A stretch of 63,483 nucleotides of DNA, the filler included, from Craspedostauros australis (taxonomy: Eukaryota): assembly GCA_030167865.1 (NCBI GenBank). It is 11 parts of 11 records of this genome, joined end to end, with 100 filler letters (N's around TTAATTAATTAA, not from the genome) between each part and the next. Parts side by side here need not be neighbours in the genome. Positions count along the whole stretch, not along the records: positions 57,150 to 61,194 come from JALAGF010003699.1; positions 61,295 to 63,483 come from JALAGF010003710.1; 9 more parts are not named here. One strand, written 5' to 3'. The number at the start of each line of letters is the position of its first letter. Positions within the stretch are counted from its first letter, which is position 1. The notes below the pieces were generated by a model. The model did not search any database and was not told the DNA's origin. It saw nothing but the letters and a program-made list of their open reading frames with translations. Below are positions 57,969 to 63,483 of the stretch, piece after piece. The position numbers and the translations under genes were made by a program.

Positions 57969-59442
57969 TCGTACGAGTAGAGCTGATAGAGCAGGCAGAG
58001 TATGTCGTCGCTTGGATGGCGATTATGAGCTCATCTGCTCAAGTTTGTTGTCCTCCATTTCATGATCCTGTGCATTGATCACGAAGCAACGTGTCGTCAG
58101 TCAACACGCCTGCATGGACTTGCGCAGTTCCACCACGGTATATGATGCGGCATGGTGTGGCACGGAATAGTATGGTGTGGTATGGTATGGTGTGGTGTGG
58201 TACGACCGTGGACAGCCACATCACGATCCGAAGCTGGCTAGCTCGCTCGCTCACACGATACGACCTTCGATGGTGCCCAACTTGGCCACGTTGTGCGGTT
58301 GCGCCTCTCCATGTGATACCGTAGGTCATGTAACATGAGTACATCCCTCTGTGATGATCTTGGGGGAGTCAACTACGATACTATTCTATTATTATACTCC
58401 GATCGATACAGTTCTTCGGCAGTTGGATGTCATCGAACGACTGTAATGGGCAGATCCACGATGTGACGAGTCCACGATGCGAGGAATCCTCCTCGACGAC
58501 TTCTTCCGTGGACATCAGAGGCGTTTCTCGTGTTTTGTGGAGAGGACGATGGTGACGATGACGATGATGATGACACCACTCGTGTTTCAATCGACAACAA
58601 ACGTATCCAGGACTCGTCTCGCTTCACCCAATCATTGCGAATTCTGTGGCGAATGAATCAACCATCAGTCTTTTGATCAACACGGAGCGTGTGTGAGAGG
58701 ATTCGTTCTGTGGCGATGACGATGGCCATGGTGACGGTGGTGGCGTTGCAGACATCGCTGCAGAATACTGATACGGGTCGTCACAACCGCAACGCTCACA
58801 TGATGATCACTGTCACCATCAAGTGTCTATCCACAGAGTACGATACCAACACACTCTCTCTCTCTCTGCTTCGAGAGAGAGATTTCGAACGATGCTGGCG
58901 TTTTGACTTGATTCCTCACTCATTGATCGCCCAACCACAGACACAGCCACAACCAGAACAATCACAGCAAAGACAGCAAAGACAGCAATGGCAGCAATGG
59001 CTGCAATGGCATCGTTGATGCATCAAAAGAGGATGATTGGTGTCATCTCCATTGCGTGCATGTTGGTGGCAACGGACTCACTGTCGTCACCATCCCCGAC
59101 ACTTTTCTTCCGTCGTGGATTGAGAACCTTCGAGGGTCATTTCCTCTGACAGGACCAACAACCGCAACAGCGACACCATCGTCAACATCAACCACATTGT
59201 AGCGTCGCGTTGCATCAGCCCATTGCCTCAATAATCACTGGACAGAGAGAGGGAGAGAGAGTGGATCCGCCACTGGACATTGGACATTGGATACTGGATA
59301 CTGCGCCATCGGCAATCACGTTCGTTGCGACAGGCCGTCCATTCAACATTGACCATCGATCAATGAACGATTGTGCGATTGAACGATTGAACGAAGCAAC
59401 AGAGCAGATCATTCCCAAAACAACACAATACAACACAAATCG

Positions 59443-61188
59443 ATGGAAGACAACAGATTCTCATTCACCAGCAAGACTTCACGGTCCTCCTCCTCCACGT
59501 CCGGCATTGAACGCAAGACCGGTCACCAGTATGGCCGCAACTCTGCGCCATCACCAAGCTCCATGTCGTCATCGGCAGCATCATCACCGACCAGCAACAG
59601 CTACGCCTACACCTCCAAGTACATGGACACACTGGGCGGCAAGCAGCAGGCTGTGTCAGCGATGACAATGAGGCAGAGTTCTCCATGCACTTGCAGCAGG
59701 ACTTCGACGCCCACATGATTGACTCCACCAACGCGAGGAGGGTGGTGGAAAGTGACGACGAGCCCTTCGACGAAGGCCTGGACGATGACATTGACAGCGA
59801 CAACAGCGACGACGATGAAGGTGCCGACGCCAGCAGCCGCAGCCACAGTCACAGCCAGAGTCACAACGTCAGCGCGGGTGCCGGCGCCAACACGCAGCAG
59901 ATAGACAACGACATCCACATCATCGACGATGACGATGACGACATCGATAGCCCGTGTTCCGATGAGGAGGTGGGCGACAAGACGACCGACGGAGGCTTCG
60001 ACGAGTTCACAGACGAGGACGACTCCATTCGAGACGACTCATTTCGTGACGAATTCCGTTCCACATCCTACCAGCGCCCACGCCCGATCGGAATATCTCC
60101 AAACACCACCAACACTGCGCCGTCCAGGATGCCCCCACCAACCAGAGGCAGCCCCAACGCCTCCTCCAACGGGGGCTCGTCCTTCGGCTTCTCCGCCGCC
60201 AAGAGGATGTCCTCCATCCGCCAGGAAGGTGGACTGGAGTCTGTCGTCGAAGGTGAGGAGGGCGACGAGATGGAGCGACCATCCACCAGAAATGTCAACA
60301 AACGCAAGCCAGGCGAATTCGGTGCCCATTCCAATGGGGATTCTGGGATCTTCTCCTCCATGGTCTCCACCAAAAACGACGGCTCCCAGCGCACGGCCGC
60401 CACCTCCAATTCATCCCACAGCAACCAGGACTCCATCAACTCCCTTTCCAAGGAATCCAACCACAGCAATGTGGACATGGACATGGACGGTGAGGATCCA
60501 GCTTCCACCAAAGACCCAATGTCAATGCACATCTCCACATCCACCAACCGCCTCATGAGCAGCAGTTCCGCTTCAGCCGGAGTGGTCTTGGACAAAAGTC
60601 AATCCACTCATTCCGCCATCCTCCTCAACGATATCAACGATATCAACGATACCAACGAAGACATGCCAACCCAGCTCGTCTCGCGCACCAACTCCATCGA
60701 AACATCCATCACTCCCATGATGCCCACAACTGTTCCGGCGCAAACCATCAATCAAGATCCACCAGTCAAACAGCTCACGCGAAAAGAATCCATCGGACCC
60801 CTCCAAGGGATCCAGCAAGCATCTCGATCCGAAGAACGTGATCGAACAGGACACCGGCAACACCACAAGCATGCATTCCGTTGACATTGAGGCGCAGACG
60901 GCCACCACCACAACGCCGACGCTGCAGGAACCATCATCGAACAAGAGCAACATCATGGTCCCCGTCATCATCGTGGCTGTCCTCATCGTGGGTGGTGGCA
61001 TCGCAGCAGGCGTTGTGCTGGCGGGCTGGATCATCAGTTTTGTTTTGCAACTCTCGCTGCCGACGCCTCTGACTTTCGTTGACCGCAAATCAAGCATGCT
61101 GATCGCCGGAGATAGAGTATCCCAAATAGTAGTATCATATTATAGTATCATCGTGACTCTCTTTGCTTTGTTTGGTGTTGTTGGTTGA
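59443..61188 (+). pseudogene. Low-complexity membrane protein gene split over three frames
   Basis: Overlapping coding-like frames 59443-59718, 59685-60884 and 60838-61188, the last with a TM (VIIVAVLIVGGGIAAGVVL). No clear introns at the junctions. Confidence 0.45.
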
Positions 61189-62528
61189 CGCTGCNNNNNN
61201 NNNNNNNNNNNNNNNNNNNNNNNNNNNNNNNNNNNNNNTTAATTAATTAANNNNNNNNNNNNNNNNNNNNNNNNNNNNNNNNNNNNNNNNNNNNCATCAA
61301 GTCAGGAATGGGGTGGAGAAGTGTGTCTCAATCTGATTGAGTGGAAGAGGTTGAAATGAAGCAAATGTGGCAGTCGCATTTTTTCGACATGAAGAACAAC
61401 TGGCTGTGGCGTCAGCATCAGGATGGATAAAAATGTGGAGATCCATCTTGAGGCAATTTGGGATGCATCAACGTGTCCCCAACGAATCAGGGATCGAGGT
61501 GTGCTGCATGGGGGGAACAGAGATGGTTGTGAACAGGAGATATGATGGGACAAAGCGGCTGCTTCTGGACTGTTCTGCATTGTCAAAAATGTTGGTTTTC
61601 AGCAATGGGCCAAAAAGGTGCATTGAAGCGGCATCGATCTGAGCATTCTTGTCAGGGATGGATACATATGGAGTGTATGGAGACAATGAGGTGTGCAGGC
61701 GGACGAAACGAGATGGTTATGGGCATCATCTTGGATGGCAAAGTGATGGCAGCATGGTGCCATCCAGAGTTTTGTGCCGCACACAATCGCACGCGATCAA
61801 CAAAAATGATGTTAAATTTAAAGTTAATTTAAATTTAAATTCAATATTCCTCTACTTCGCAAGTGAGTTGTTCACATGGTACACTTATTTTTAATTATAA
61901 ATGATGTGGTGTTGCGATATAGCATCATAAGCACTTTTTGCAATTTTGCTCTAGACTGGGCTACGAAACGTGACAATTCTCGTGTTGGAGGGCAACAACC
62001 AGCGTTACGGTGGTGTAAATTATTGCTGAGCGCAGTAGTACACCACTTGTCTTGCCCGATGCTCTCGGCGCTTCAATCTGTTTCGTAGATTCAGTCTCCG
62101 ACTATGAGTCGGAACGCGAGATCCTCTCTCGCTCCTCTCTGTATTCTCTCTCTCTCTCTCAACATCGTGTGCTCGTGCTACACGATACTCCGTGTTCGAT
62201 ACGTACTCCGCATTCGACACTCCGTTCGTTCAGTACTGGTTCCTACTCCATGAGTACTTACCATTTGAAGTTCACCTTCAGTATCCATGNNNNNNNNNNN
62301 NNNNNNNNNNNNNNNNNNNNNNNNNNNNNNNNNNNNNNNNNNNNNNNNNNNNNNNNNNNNNNNNNNNNNNNNNNNNNNNNNNNNNNNNNNNNNNNNNNNN
62401 NNNNNNNNNNNNNNNNNCATTGGTGATGCAGCAGCCTGTCAGATGATATCGTCATCTGAGGTTTAGTTGGGAAGTACCTCGAGATTCTCTTGGTACCATT
62501 GGTAGATGGACGGACGATCTTCCAATTC

Positions 62529-62730
62529 TCTCAGAAATCGTCATTTGCAAATTTCCTCCAGAAATCTTGCCCCTTTTCATGTATTCCATTTCCGCTGTAA
62601 TTCTGACGAATCCCAGCATACTATCGACATGAATATAGTTATACCGTCCAAGTGCATATGAGAGAATAGCGGGTGAACGATGCACATATACACGTACATC
62701 TCGACATATACTCACATGTACATCTCGACA
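62529..62730 (+). mobile_element. 3' end of an LTR-like repeat of the same family (possible start TGTTGGA at 61983)
   Basis: Colinear with 27926-27965 and 36550-36615. Ends CTCGACA where the transposase similarity begins. Confidence 0.6.
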
Positions 62731-63150
62731 GGCGGTGCTGAAGGCGGCATCTGCAGCGACCGTTGTTCCCTTTGGGAGCTTCATGATGTGCTCGTAGATG
62801 TGCGCCCAGACACAAGACGTGGAATCGTGAAAGCTGCTGGGAGTGTTGACTGCACAGTCAACGACTCGCCCTTTCAAGTTCCAAACCAGCACGAGATTGC
62901 GGTTGACATCCTTGGTCCACCCATTGAAGTCGCGGTTCTGCTCGGCGGGAAGCGCTGGTGCGTGGCTGATGAGCTTCAAGCCATCAATCACTGCCACGAC
63001 GCCAGGTGCAGCAGAAAAGGACTTGCTGATGTCTTTCATGTCATCGAGGGCGTCATCGCTTCTATCCCAGAACACCTTGGCGAGGTCATGCATGATCAAT
63101 GCTTCTAGGATTGCGTCCATGCCCAAGTTGAGGTAGTCGTGGAAGACGGT
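62731..63150 (-). pseudogene. PIF/Harbinger-type DDE transposase (DDE_Tnp_4-like) fragment
   Basis: VIDG...QNRDFNGW...NLVLVW...G...CAVNTPSSFHDS...ADAAF. Cut at both ends by LTR-like repeats. Confidence 0.8.
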
Positions 63151-63483
63151 TGTTGGAAATCCGGGGTAACCCAGTCTCTAGTTTGTAGTAGTATCTGATT
63201 ACCTATTCCTGTTGTTGCATTGTTGGAACTGTGAGAACAACATCTTCATTTCTTGTATCTTCAAATCCATTGCCCATGATAATAGCAGTAGCACCCTGTA
63301 GTTGCTCTTGTATTCATCATTGCAAAGCTTGCTCATCATGCACATCTCATCATGCATTTCAGGCGTATTTCATCATGTTCATCCATGGTGATTCCCTTTT
63401 ACACTCCTGCAGTACATGCATGCTGATGTCGAGTTTCACTCTCTTCTGATCCGACATCAATCACCCATTCAGTGCACTCTTTC
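63151..63483 (+). mobile_element. 5' part of an LTR-like repeat
   Basis: TGTTGGAAATCCGGGGTAACCCAGTCTCTAG... is closely similar to 12947-13070. Runs off the window end. Confidence 0.75.

Noticed and set aside
3079..61294. Recurrent TTAATTAATTAA motif as a biological repeat or piggyBac site
   Set aside because: It is always centred in exactly 44+44 N, so it is a synthetic six-frame-stop contig linker.

Overview
Eukaryotic, most likely diatom (photosynthetic stramenopile), draft-genome sequence. It has GT-AG introns, an ASAFAP-type plastid presequence, a diatom-type cyclin, a CoDi-like Copia element and an Ambal-like LINE. The window is not contiguous: 11 contigs are joined by an artificial 100-nt spacer (N44-TTAATTAATTAA-N44), so adjacency across spacers is meaningless. 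Several contigs overlap or are allelic copies (Copia x2, NusG x2, alpha/beta-hydrolase x2). Host genes: ABCG half-transporter (two apparently identical copies on one contig), plastid-targeted NusG, GT77-like and GT61-like glycosyltransferases, a large divergent P-loop NTPase, a disrupted SDR, a Sen1-like helicase, an RRM protein, a histidine acid phosphatase, an alpha/beta-hydrolase, a cyclin and LRR/membrane proteins. Mobile DNA: Copia pol, a 4.5-kb TIR element, an 8.5-kb full-length LINE with a 16-bp TSD nested in an LTR-like repeat, further copies of that repeat and a Harbinger transposase fragment. Best leads: (1) a PDZ-like domain between integrase and a non-canonical (QVDD) RT in the Copia polyprotein; (2) an ABCG direct duplication with a TSD-less TIR element at the junction (8378-bp unit); (3) a WW domain inside the Sen1 helicase core; (4) an RRM protein with two CysRS anticodon-binding-like modules. 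All domain calls are by-eye motif recognition; no searches were run.
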